The notes beneath the pieces are model-generated. The model was given only the letters and a program-made list of their open reading frames with translations. It was not told the DNA's origin and searched no databases. The position numbers were made by a program, and so were the translations under genes. DNA of 64,000 nt from a virus (lineage: Duplodnaviria > Caudoviricetes): positions 1-64,000 of IMG/VR virus record IMGVR_UViG_3300011113_000265, one strand, 5' to 3'. Numbering within the stretch: the first letter of the stretch is position 1; every line of letters begins with the position of its first letter. Below, piece after piece: positions 27,381-37,500 of this stretch.

Positions 27381-29417
27381 ATGCAAAGAATTAACTTTAC
27401 AGAATCTATTTTAAATACATTAAAGAAAACAGCTAACTGTTCATTTGCTAATGCTGTATACAAACTTACTATGAAGGCTCAACAAGGTCTTAAATGTGAT
27501 GATTTGTATAAGAAATCTGTGCTTATGAATGATGTTAATAAGATTCTTTGCAATTATAAGTTAGATACTTGTATATCATTTCATCCTGCTTTAGAAGGAG
27601 GAACTAGTACTTGGACATTTGGTCTTGGTAGTTTTACTGGTACAATATCTTATTATCTTAATATAGATGGAGTAAATGTTTTTATTGGAGCAGGTAATTC
27701 TGCTGCAAACATTGTAACTGATATAATTAATAATAGTGATGGTACAGGTGTTACTGCTAGTTTAGATGGCAGTTATATTACAATAACAAGTCCTGTAGGA
27801 TGTTTTGTAAAAAAAGATTTAACTGGAGTTAAGGATCCTGCTGGTGCTATACCAGCTACACCACTAGTATTTTTAGCTAGTAAGTGTCCACAAGAAGAAA
27901 CTTGTGTAGATTATACAGAAGAACAACTTAATTGTATTACTCCACAAGATTTACAAGTATTATATGAGTTTACTCATAAATATAAAGAAACCTTAGCTAA
28001 GTCTACTAAAAAGATATCTAATCCTAGTTCTAATACTAATACAAGTAATTCAAGTGATTGTTGTACTTGGGGTAGTATAGGAGGTAATATAGGTAACCAA
28101 TCTGATTTAGTTACTTATTTAGCTAATATTGAAAAGAATTATATATCTGTTGAAGATGAAGGTACTGAAATAACTAATGATGTTAAAAGTATTAACTTTA
28201 CAGGTGATGTTACTGCTACTGATGATGGTAATGGTAATGTTACTGTAAATGTAACTGGAGGTGGTGGTGCTACGTGGGGAACGATTACAGGAATTTTGAG
28301 TAACCAAACCGATTTAAACACAGCTTTAAATGATAAGGTTGATAAAGTTGCAGGTAAAGGACTTTCAACTGAAGATTACACCAGTGCTGAAAAAACTAAA
28401 TTAGCAGGTATTGAAGCAGGTGCGGAAGTAAACGTTAATGCAGATTGGAATGCAACCAGTGGCGATGCACAAATTTTGAATAAACCAACCATTCCAACTA
28501 CCTTACCACCAAGTGGTACTGCAGGCGGTGATTTATCAGGAACTTATCCTGACCCGACTGTACACCGAATTCACGGAGTAGATTTGCAAAGTGGAACTCC
28601 AAGCGCAGGTGATGTTTGGATTTATGGTGGTGCCCCTGCAAAATGGCAACATCAACTATTAACCAAATCAGATGTAGGACTTGGAAATGTTGATAATACT
28701 TCAGATGTTAATAAACCAATAAGCACAGCTACACAGACAGCATTAAATGCTAAAGAAAACACTATTACTAACCTACCCATCAGCAAGGGTGGAACAAACT
28801 CAACAACCGCACTCAACAATAATAGAGTAATGCGGTCAAGTGGTGGTGCAATAGTTGAAGCCGCAGCCATTACCGCAGCAAGGGCATTGAAGTCCGATGC
28901 AAATGGGTTGCCTGTACATTTTGATACAGCAACAGAGCCATCATTGACAGAGTTAAGCTACGTTAAAGGTGTAACAAGTGCAATCCAAACGCAGTTAACT
29001 AATGTAGGTACATTATCAATCGAATGTGTATCGGGAACAATAACAAGTCCTGCTGATTTAACTACTTATTTTTGGTGCATTGGCGGTACTTTCTTAACGG
29101 CAGCAACGGTATCAACAGGCCAAGGTAGCAGATTTGCGTATGCGTTTGAAATCACAGGAATAACAATAAGAATGACAATGACAACAAATGGTTCGGCAGA
29201 AGATAGTACGTTGTATTTACGCAATATTACCACATCAACATCAACATTGATGGGTACGTTTAAAACAAACGGTAACCTTGCGTACACAAGCATTACAGGT
29301 TTGGCAATCAGTTGCAACACAACAGATGAGTATTGCCTTGAAATGCGCTCACCCAATTGGGCAACTAACCCAATAAATTTACGTTTAACGGCATCATTAT
29401 TTTTAAGAAGAATATAA
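27381..29417 (+). CDS. Mosaic tail fibre / receptor-binding protein
   Basis: Fibre-shaft modules WGxIxGxxxNQxDL (twice), KGLSTEDYT, AGGDLSGTYP, VGLGNVDNTSD, VKGVTSAIQTQL. Confidence 0.8.
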   Translation: MQRINFTESILNTLKKTANCSFANAVYKLTMKAQQGLKCDDLYKKSVLMNDVNKILCNYKLDTCISFHPALEGGTSTWTFGLGSFTGTISYYLNIDGVNVFIGAGNSAANIVTDIINNSDGTGVTASLDGSYITITSPVGCFVKKDLTGVKDPAGAIPATPLVFLASKCPQEETCVDYTEEQLNCITPQDLQVLYEFTHKYKETLAKSTKKISNPSSNTNTSNSSDCCTWGSIGGNIGNQSDLVTYLANIEKNYISVEDEGTEITNDVKSINFTGDVTATDDGNGNVTVNVTGGGGATWGTITGILSNQTDLNTALNDKVDKVAGKGLSTEDYTSAEKTKLAGIEAGAEVNVNADWNATSGDAQILNKPTIPTTLPPSGTAGGDLSGTYPDPTVHRIHGVDLQSGTPSAGDVWIYGGAPAKWQHQLLTKSDVGLGNVDNTSDVNKPISTATQTALNAKENTITNLPISKGGTNSTTALNNNRVMRSSGGAIVEAAAITAARALKSDANGLPVHFDTATEPSLTELSYVKGVTSAIQTQLTNVGTLSIECVSGTITSPADLTTYFWCIGGTFLTAATVSTGQGSRFAYAFEITGITIRMTMTTNGSAEDSTLYLRNITTSTSTLMGTFKTNGNLAYTSITGLAISCNTTDEYCLEMRSPNWATNPINLRLTASLFLRRI

Positions 29418-29419
29418 CT

Positions 29420-29746
29420 ATGACAATAACATATAAATTACAAGGTGATGGTCGTAATTCGTGGCTTATCGTAGATAACGAGGACAAGTATATGATGTAC
29501 ACAAGTCCTGCTAATCACTTCCACAATGAAATGATGAAGCAAGTGTTGGAAGACAACAACTACTTGACTATTGGCGAGGTAGCATTGTGGGTAAATGATG
29601 TCGTTTATGGAGCAGAAGCAAAAAATATTATTTTGTGGTGGACATCGACTTGCAAGATGGTTGAGGCTTATGTGATTGCCAACCCAGAAGAAACTGACTG
29701 TGTTCAATTTTTAGCAACCATCCCTAAATATACAAACACAAAATGA
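29420..29746 (+). CDS. Putative tail fibre assembly chaperone
   Basis: 108 aa directly after the fibre gene, with the same atypical codon usage. Confidence 0.5.
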   Translation: MTITYKLQGDGRNSWLIVDNEDKYMMYTSPANHFHNEMMKQVLEDNNYLTIGEVALWVNDVVYGAEAKNIILWWTSTCKMVEAYVIANPEETDCVQFLATIPKYTNTK

Positions 29747-29761
29747 ACTAAAAAATAACTT

Positions 29762-29998
29762 ATGAAAAAATATTTAACTTTCTTATTTACCAAAAGACCT
29801 TGGGCTGTAGTAGTTAATGCATTTATACTACTATTCTTTACAATAGGATTACCTAGTTATTATGATAACGAATGGGTTGTTACTAATCTATGGGATATAG
29901 AAGGAACAACATCTAAAGTACTATTTAGTTTATTACTTGTTTTAACAGGAATAGCTTGTTTATTACAAGTTAATAGTGAGTTTAAAAATAATAAATGA
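29762..29998 (+). CDS. Small membrane protein with two TM helices
   Basis: Two hydrophobic helices. Confidence 0.6.
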   Translation: MKKYLTFLFTKRPWAVVVNAFILLFFTIGLPSYYDNEWVVTNLWDIEGTTSKVLFSLLLVLTGIACLLQVNSEFKNNK

Positions 29999-30204
29999 AC
30001 TCAATATTAATATTAATAATTGGTTTACCAATAGCAGTTATACTAGGAGCATATTTAGCAACAAAAAAATTAAATAAAGAACTAAATGAATCACTTAAAA
30101 AAATTGGATATAAGATACTTTGTATTTTTGCTATTTTTAATTTATTTGATAACAGCTCTAGTGAAGTGCAGGACAACCAAGAGTCCAACAAAAAGACAGA
30201 TTAA
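29995..30204 (+). CDS. Small protein with an N-terminal TM helix
   Basis: ATGA overlap; MNSILILIIGLPIAVILGAYL. Confidence 0.5.
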   Translation: MNSILILIIGLPIAVILGAYLATKKLNKELNESLKKIGYKILCIFAIFNLFDNSSSEVQDNQESNKKTD

Positions 30205-30227
30205 AAACACTATTAAATGCGTTTATA

Positions 30228-30725
30228 ATGATAACAATATTTATTATACTAAGTTGGATAAGCTACGGAATTATATCTTCTGCTAAAGGAATATATGATG
30301 GTTATTTATGGCATTATTGGTTAGAGTCTTGGTTTAAAAAGATACTAAATAGTAATACATCTCTTAAAGGTATGCAAAATGAAGGTAAGTATTTACACAA
30401 AATTGGTAGTTATTTAACTGCTTTACCCTTACTAATAATACTATTAGGTGCTTTAGCTTTAAACTTTAGTATACTTAAACTATTGTTTTTAGGTATTAGC
30501 TTATCTACAGTTAATCCTTTATTTCATTTAGGGTATATGTTTCATACTAGAAACAAACTAAATAATAAAACCTATACAGATAGTTTTAAATCAACTCACA
30601 CCATATCTGATGGTAATACAGATAAGTTTAAAAAACTAACGGTTAAGCTATTCAATACTTATAAAAAAAGAGTTATTTTTGCAATTATAAGCATAATTAC
30701 ATTATTATTGTCAATCTTTATTTAA
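30228..30725 (+). CDS. Multi-pass membrane protein
   Basis: Three to four hydrophobic segments. Confidence 0.65.
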   Translation: MITIFIILSWISYGIISSAKGIYDGYLWHYWLESWFKKILNSNTSLKGMQNEGKYLHKIGSYLTALPLLIILLGALALNFSILKLLFLGISLSTVNPLFHLGYMFHTRNKLNNKTYTDSFKSTHTISDGNTDKFKKLTVKLFNTYKKRVIFAIISIITLLLSIFI

Positions 30726-30729
30726 AACT

Positions 30730-31062
30730 ATGATACAACACTACCAAGAAGAACTTAAAAATTTTATAGAAGAAGCAGCCAAATTCTTTGGTGTAGCTAC
30801 TATGGGAATATATGGACAATTCATTGTAATGCTAGGAACACTTAGCTTTGTAAGTTATGGAGAAGCTACTTTTTTATCAGATATCCATTCAGGTAATGAT
30901 CTTTTAAAAATCTTTTTAGAATTTATAAACTATGGTGCTAAGTTCTTTACAATGTGTGTAGGTGCTATTACAACTTATAAATTTGTAGAAAGTATTGCTA
31001 TTAAAATTACTAAGTTTATAAAAAGTAAAAAACATGTTAACAACCCAACAGATAATAAGTAA
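30730..31062 (+). CDS. Putative holin
   Basis: Two TM segments, basic C-terminus, overlaps the endolysin start. Confidence 0.5.
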   Translation: MIQHYQEELKNFIEEAAKFFGVATMGIYGQFIVMLGTLSFVSYGEATFLSDIHSGNDLLKIFLEFINYGAKFFTMCVGAITTYKFVESIAIKITKFIKSKKHVNNPTDNK

Positions 31063-31501
31063 ATATGGTAAACCAACTCAAAATGGTTCACCTTATTTAG
31101 TTTCAATCAAATTACCTTATCCTATGAGATTAGCTTGGGATAAGAATACTAAAGTAACTACTATGAGATGTCATAGACTAGTAGCTGATAAGTTTCTTGC
31201 TGTATTTAATGATATATTAAGAACTTATGGCTATGCTAAAATAGTAGAATTAGGTATTGATTTATTTGGAGGATGCTTTAATTTTAGAGCTATGAGAGGA
31301 GGTTCTGATTATTCAAGACACTCTTGGGGAATAGCAATAGATTTAGATCCTGAAAGAAATCAATTAAACGAAACTAGTAATACAGCTAGATTTGCTAGAC
31401 CTGAGTACAAACCTATGTTAGAAGCTTTCTATAGAAATGGTTTTATAGGACTAGGACCTGAAAAAAATTATGATTGGATGCACTTTGAAATTAAAGATTA
31501 A
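31034..31501 (+). CDS. Endolysin, peptidase M15 family
   Basis: SRHSWGIAIDL (SxHxxGxAxD) and DWMHFE motifs. Confidence 0.9.
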   Translation: MLTTQQIISKYGKPTQNGSPYLVSIKLPYPMRLAWDKNTKVTTMRCHRLVADKFLAVFNDILRTYGYAKIVELGIDLFGGCFNFRAMRGGSDYSRHSWGIAIDLDPERNQLNETSNTARFARPEYKPMLEAFYRNGFIGLGPEKNYDWMHFEIKD

Positions 31502-31701
31502 TGGAAATAAAACTTAAACAAAATAACTATATAGTAGTTAAGAATATACTAAGAATATGTAAAGCTGCATTAGGAGCTATTGGTATGACTTTTGTAGTAA
31601 CTGATTACAAATGGACAGGCGTAATTATATTAGTATTAGCTGCTGTTTGTAATGAAAGTTTAGATATAATTAAAGAAACTGAAGAACAACATGAAAATTA
31701 A
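31501..31701 (+). CDS. Small two-TM protein (holin or antiholin candidate)
   Basis: Hydrophobic hairpin inside the lysis cassette. Confidence 0.5.
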   Translation: MEIKLKQNNYIVVKNILRICKAALGAIGMTFVVTDYKWTGVIILVLAAVCNESLDIIKETEEQHEN

Positions 31702-32290
31702 AGCGTATAAGAGAGTTTTAATAGTATTAGGTATATTACTATTCCTAATCTGTTTAGGTAGCTGTAATGCAACAAAAAGAGCTGAAAAGAAATTTCAAAA
31801 GGCTATTAACAAGTTTGGGCAGAAAGAATCTGCTAACTATATAATAACAAGATATCCTGAATACTTTAAAACTAAAACTATTCATGACACTACAGTAGTT
31901 GAAATACCTGTCATTATACCAGGTGATACACTTAATGTAGGATTTAATTGTGACAGTTTAGTACAATCTTTACAAGATGGTACAACAGTTGCTTTGGGTG
32001 AAAATAAGAAACTTAAACTTGAAGTAGAGAAATTAGGTAAAAGACTTAAGATTAAAAGTACTTTAAAACCTGATACTATAGTAGTACATGACACTATTCC
32101 AGTTACTGTACAAGTACCTTGTCCTGATATAGATATGTTATCTACAAAAAATGTAGAACTATTAACAGAACAATTAAAACATAAAAAAGCTCAAGTTACT
32201 AACTTGTATCTTATTATAGCACTATTAATAGCTGGTTTTATTGGATTTGAATATTTTAAATATAATAAAAAACAAGATAAAACTATTTAA
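31691..32290 (+). CDS. Putative unimolecular spanin
   Basis: Lipoprotein signal ending LGSC, beta-rich middle (DTTVV, DTIVVHDT), C-terminal TM helix and basic tail. Confidence 0.7.
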   Translation: MKIKAYKRVLIVLGILLFLICLGSCNATKRAEKKFQKAINKFGQKESANYIITRYPEYFKTKTIHDTTVVEIPVIIPGDTLNVGFNCDSLVQSLQDGTTVALGENKKLKLEVEKLGKRLKIKSTLKPDTIVVHDTIPVTVQVPCPDIDMLSTKNVELLTEQLKHKKAQVTNLYLIIALLIAGFIGFEYFKYNKKQDKTI

Positions 32291-32340
32291 TTTAATAGAT
32301 TTGATTTGTATAAACACATTATATTACTTTATTAACATAC

Positions 32341-32368
32341 AGGCTCTTACTCAAGTATGAGCCTTTTT
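32341..32368 (+). terminator. Intrinsic terminator
   Basis: AGGCTC-T-TAC-TCAA-GTA-T-GAGCCT followed by TTTT. Confidence 0.75.
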
Positions 32369-32379
32369 ACTTAAAATAA

Positions 32380-33090
32380 ATGGCTACAACAACATCTTTA
32401 GATCATATTGTATATTTAGTACTTGACCAAATTAGAGGTAGATCAGTAGTTACTGATACTATATTACCTGAGCAAGTTGAACAAATAGTAATTAATTTAA
32501 GATCTCAACTTATTAAACAAGATTCTAATAAAGGTTATACAGCTGATCCTTACATTATTCAAGACTTAGGTTGTGTTGAAATGGAAGTAGTAGATGCAGC
32601 TGAATCTTGTATTATTGAAGCTGGTTGTAATTTATTAAGAAGTGTTAAACCTATACCAAGCACAATAGAACTTCATCATAGTCAATTATTTACTAGAGTA
32701 GGACCTGTTAATAAGGGATTACCTGGTTATGATTATGTGCACTATGAAAGAATACCTTATGTATTAAATAACAAATATACTAAGAATAGAGTTAAGTATT
32801 ATATGCAAAATACTAACGGTTATTTGTATCTTATAGTACCTAACAATATATTACAGGTATTAAAGTTTATAAATATACAAGGTGTATTTGAAGATCCAAG
32901 AGATGCTTATAACTTTGAAGATTGTGATGGAAGACCTTGCTATTCTTCAACAGATCCTTTCCCAATTAAAAACTGGATGGTTAATAGTATAGTAGATATG
33001 GCTGTTAAATTGTTCTTAGCTACACAAGCTTCAGTAGCTGAAGATACTACTAATAATAATGAAAATGATTACACAACACAAGCTAAGTAA
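32380..33090 (+). CDS. Tail ring / tubular-type structural protein
   Basis: 236 aa; QDLGCVEM and IQGVFEDP; start of the tail block. Confidence 0.6.
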   Translation: MATTTSLDHIVYLVLDQIRGRSVVTDTILPEQVEQIVINLRSQLIKQDSNKGYTADPYIIQDLGCVEMEVVDAAESCIIEAGCNLLRSVKPIPSTIELHHSQLFTRVGPVNKGLPGYDYVHYERIPYVLNNKYTKNRVKYYMQNTNGYLYLIVPNNILQVLKFINIQGVFEDPRDAYNFEDCDGRPCYSSTDPFPIKNWMVNSIVDMAVKLFLATQASVAEDTTNNNENDYTTQAK

Positions 33091-33664
33091 TACTGAATTA
33101 GGTATTAAAGAAAGAGGTAAAGGTAAGTATCTTGCTGATTATGGATTAGGAGATTATTATAAATATTATTTAAATAATCTTAGTAAAGCTGAATTACCAT
33201 TAGGAACTGATTTAAAAGATTTAAAATACAATGTATCTTTTAATAAGTATAGAAGTGTGCTTATGAAGATATTTAGAAAAGCTAGAACTAAAATGATTCT
33301 TACTAATTCTGAATATCCACTACCTTGTAAGATGGGTAGAATTATGATACAGAAAGTTAGAAAGAAACTACAATTAGATGAGAATGGTAATGTAATTAAA
33401 CGAGTACCTATTAACTATAAAGCAACTAGAGAATTGTGGGCTACTGATCCTGAAGCTAAAGAGAAAAGATTAAAAATATATCAGTTTAATGATCATACTA
33501 ATGGTTACAGATTAAAGATAGTATGGTTAAAAAAGAATTGTAATATGAATAAAAAGAAATATTACAAACTTACAGCTGTGAGAGAATTTAAAAGACAAGT
33601 ACCTGAACTAATTAAAAAACATCCTGAGTTAGATTTTTTTGTAAGTCCTTTCTCAGATTACTAA
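33059..33664 (+). CDS. Basic IHF-like protein of the crAss-like tail block
   Basis: LPCKMGRIMIQK, INYKATRELW, NDHTNGY; synteny. Confidence 0.55.
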   Translation: MKMITQHKLSNTELGIKERGKGKYLADYGLGDYYKYYLNNLSKAELPLGTDLKDLKYNVSFNKYRSVLMKIFRKARTKMILTNSEYPLPCKMGRIMIQKVRKKLQLDENGNVIKRVPINYKATRELWATDPEAKEKRLKIYQFNDHTNGYRLKIVWLKKNCNMNKKKYYKLTAVREFKRQVPELIKKHPELDFFVSPFSDY

Positions 33665-33679
33665 TATACAAATTAAAAT

Positions 33680-34531
33680 ATGGCATTAAATGGTAAGTTA
33701 ATTTCAGTTAATGAAGTTATAAACAATGTACTTAGAGATAACCAATATAAGAATCAACAGTTTGAAGTAGGAAGTTTTGTAGAATGGGCTAATGAAGCTT
33801 GTGATTTAATAGGTGTACCTTATAATCTTATTAATGATTATGCAATTATTGATATTGAGAATCATAAAGGATTTATACCTTGTAACCTACATACTTTAGA
33901 TCAAGCTATGGTACTTACTAAAAATGGTGTAATAGTACCTATGAGAGGTTCAACTTCTACTACTCATCCTTGGAACATTAATAACATTAATGACTATCCT
34001 TTAGTTAATCCTGTACAACCTGTAGGATTTGATCCTGATGGTAATCCTATTATTAACTTTAATAATTATGATAATGCTATTACTAAAGGATTAATTAATA
34101 ACTTACCTTACACATTAAGAGATATTACTTATAATGTTCAAGGTAATTATATATTCACCTCTTTTAAAGATGGTGCTCAAGTAATTATGTTTTATAAAGC
34201 TTTTCCAGTTGATCAAGAGGGTTACCCTCTTATACCTGATGATATTAGCTTTAAACAAGCTGTACAATCTTATATAAGACTTAAAGTAGATTACTTACTA
34301 TGGAGAAGAAATATTATTGCTAGAGATGTATTTGAATACTCTGAAAGAGAGTGGATGTGGTATGTAGGTCAAGCTAAAACTAAAGCTCTTACTCCTAATT
34401 ATGATATGATGGAATCTTGGAAGAATCAACACCTTACACTTATGCCTAGAATTAATGAACAAGCTAGAAACTTTGAAGGTATTGGTCAATCTCAATATAT
34501 TAACTTTGGTATGAGAAACTATAGATATTAA
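33680..34531 (+). CDS. Tail tubular protein
   Basis: 283 aa before the large tail gene; YKAFPVDQEGYPLIPD. Confidence 0.65.
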   Translation: MALNGKLISVNEVINNVLRDNQYKNQQFEVGSFVEWANEACDLIGVPYNLINDYAIIDIENHKGFIPCNLHTLDQAMVLTKNGVIVPMRGSTSTTHPWNINNINDYPLVNPVQPVGFDPDGNPIINFNNYDNAITKGLINNLPYTLRDITYNVQGNYIFTSFKDGAQVIMFYKAFPVDQEGYPLIPDDISFKQAVQSYIRLKVDYLLWRRNIIARDVFEYSEREWMWYVGQAKTKALTPNYDMMESWKNQHLTLMPRINEQARNFEGIGQSQYINFGMRNYRY

Positions 34532-34536
34532 TACTA

Positions 34537-37500
34537 ATGACTCAAGAAAAAGAACAAGAACAAGGTGGTCAAACTAATGGTATTGCAATAAATACTTTTA
34601 CTGGAGGTATTAACCAAGACTTAGCTAAGACTATATATAAACAAGGTAATTATTTAGATGCTTTAAATATTACTTTACTTACTGATGGTGGATTAAGTAC
34701 AGCTGTTGTACAAAATAAGAAGGGAACTAAACTACAAATTCAGTTTCCTACAATTATTCCAGCTGCTACTTATGAATCTAATAGAGAATATCCTCAAGTT
34801 GTACCTGCTCAAGAAAATATAAAAGTTATTGAAGGTTTAGCAATAACTGATAGTAGTGGAGTACAAAACTTATTCTTTATTACAAAGAGTAATACTGTAG
34901 GTAATCCTAATGATAATGGTTATGGTCAAATATGGAGATGTAATTTTTTAGGTACTACTGATAATATATCAGGTGCTATTAATGGTTTTGAATTAACTGT
35001 TAATAATCATATGATGTATAATAGAAATCTTAACTTTAAGTTTGTAGAAAGAATTAAAGCTATTGGTAAGTATGAGAATGAAAACTTTTGTAGAATATAC
35101 TGGACTGATGGTATTAATCCATTAAGAAGTATTAATACAATAGGTTCTTTACAATCTTTATTAAACATACCTGTAAGAACTTTAAATATAGTATCTGAAT
35201 GTAATTTAGATACTCCTGTTATTAGTAGATTAATTAAAGGTAGTTTACCTGAAGGTAAATATCAATTAGCTTATAGATTATTAAGTAAAAGTGGAGATTT
35301 AACTAACTTCAGTACTTGTAGTAATTTAATAGATGTTATTGAAGGTAATGAGTTTAATAGTGAACTTGGATACCCATTAGCTGATACAATAGAGTATACT
35401 ACAGATGTTATGGCTGCTACAGATAGTAAAGAAGTTATTGACTCTGATAAAGGTATTGAGTTTTATATACCTCGTATTGATAAAGATTATGAAATGATTC
35501 AATACGCTTTAGTATATTATAGCCAACCTAATTTACCTGAAATATTTGTATATCCTTATAAAGAAATATCTTTGTATAGAAATCAATATGAAAGCTTTAC
35601 TGATTTATTTAGTGATACTTTTCTATTAACTACAGAAGAGTTTAATATAATGTATGCTCCATTTGAAAAAGTAGGTACTATTGAAGTTAAAGATAATATC
35701 TTATTTGCTGCTAATACTACTAATGAAATGTTTAAAGTTGATGTAGATTACAGAGCTTATAGATATAATAATAATGGTGAATGTACTACTTATGAATTAG
35801 ATGGAACTACAAATACTTTTACTACTAACTATCCTAATAATGATTTATTAGATGTTATTAATCCTTATAATGATGAGAGTGGTAAGATATTTGGTTTAAA
35901 TAATGTAGGTAATCCTACAACTTGGTATAATAATCATCAATATAAATATAAACAAGATGGTGTTACTTTAGGTGGTCAAGGTCCTAATATTGGTTATACT
36001 TTTGGTACAACTCAAATTATAGTTGATAGTGGTGTTAATCCAGCATTAAAAATTAATAGAGCTCCTTTAATTAAAACTGAAGTAGATAATAATTCTACAC
36101 TTATAAGTGTACCTAATCATGTTACTAATAATAATGGTAGTTTTAGTAGTTTAAAATCTCCTTATAAAGCTAGCTGTCAAGTATCTTGGCAACGTGGAGA
36201 AGTATATAGGTTTGGTATTACTTTTTATAATAAGAAAGGACAAGCTTCTTATGTTAACTGGATAGGTGATATTAAGATGCCTGACTTTAATGAAACTAAT
36301 AATCCTGCTTGTTTACTATCAACATTTAGTAGTAATAATGCTAAGTTAACAATGTATTCTACTTATATAGATTTTGATGTTAATGTACCTCAAGATTTAG
36401 CTGAAGAAATTAGTGGATTTAGAATAGTATATGTTGAAAGACAAGAAAATGATAAGACTAGGTTTGGTACTGCTATTACTGGTGGTATGCAAACTTTTGA
36501 TAGATTAAATATTAATGATCAAAATATAAATTATACTATATCAATTATAGCAACTGTTATTTGTTATAAAATAGGTAATTATATAGATGAAATAGATGGT
36601 AGTGATTCTACAGATCCATTTAATATTAAAGAAAATATTAGAGAAAAAATAATGCAAGCAGCTGCAGCAACTATTTATAAAAAAATAAATGGTATGCCTT
36701 CAGCAGCTCAACAAAGAGTAACTAGTTCTGAAGATTTAGCTGATTTAGTTGATTCTGTATTAGATGGTGCTGTTAATACTAACAATGGATTTTTTAGTTC
36801 TATATTAAGTAGTGCTGGAAATTTAATTAAATTAATATTTCCTAAAACTATTGAAAAAATTAAAGAATCTATTAAAGAAGATTTAAGAAAAGTATTAGCT
36901 TATAAAGTAGCTGGATTACATCCTAACGTATATTCTTTAGGTCAAATAGGATTTGCTAATGCTGCAATAGCTAGTTCTTCTGGATTAGCTCATATAGGAT
37001 ACACAATATCTCCTAATATTGATTTTGGTAAATATGAATTTAAACAAGGAGATTATTTAAAACCTATTCATATATTTAATCAAGGTAATAAAGCTACATA
37101 TCAATTACATAGAGATTCTACTGTAGGATTATACAATATATTAGATAGTTCTGCTTATTTAAGAAAATGGTATGGTGGTAGTAATATACCTTGGAATGAA
37201 GTAGCTGATAGTGATGCTAGAAGAATATATATTAATAATCAAAAAGTACTTATACCTGGTGAGTTATTAGGATCTGGTTTTGATAATGTAATGAATAGTC
37301 AAAATGCTGAAAGTGTAGATTTAGATTTTTTAATATCTAATAGTTATGTATCTTCAATACCTCAAGCTAATAAAAGAGGGGAAATTGTTAGTGCAATTAA
37401 TATGATGATTAACGATGTTACTTTAGCTGTTAAACAAGGTATTATGAATGCTGGAGGAACTTATTATTTTACTGCTGCTGAATCTTTTTTAAAAAAGATA

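Noticed and set aside
27381-29746. Diversity-generating retroelement or invertible fibre cassette
   Set aside because: I saw no reverse transcriptase, invertase, template/variable repeat pair or flanking inverted repeats in the window.
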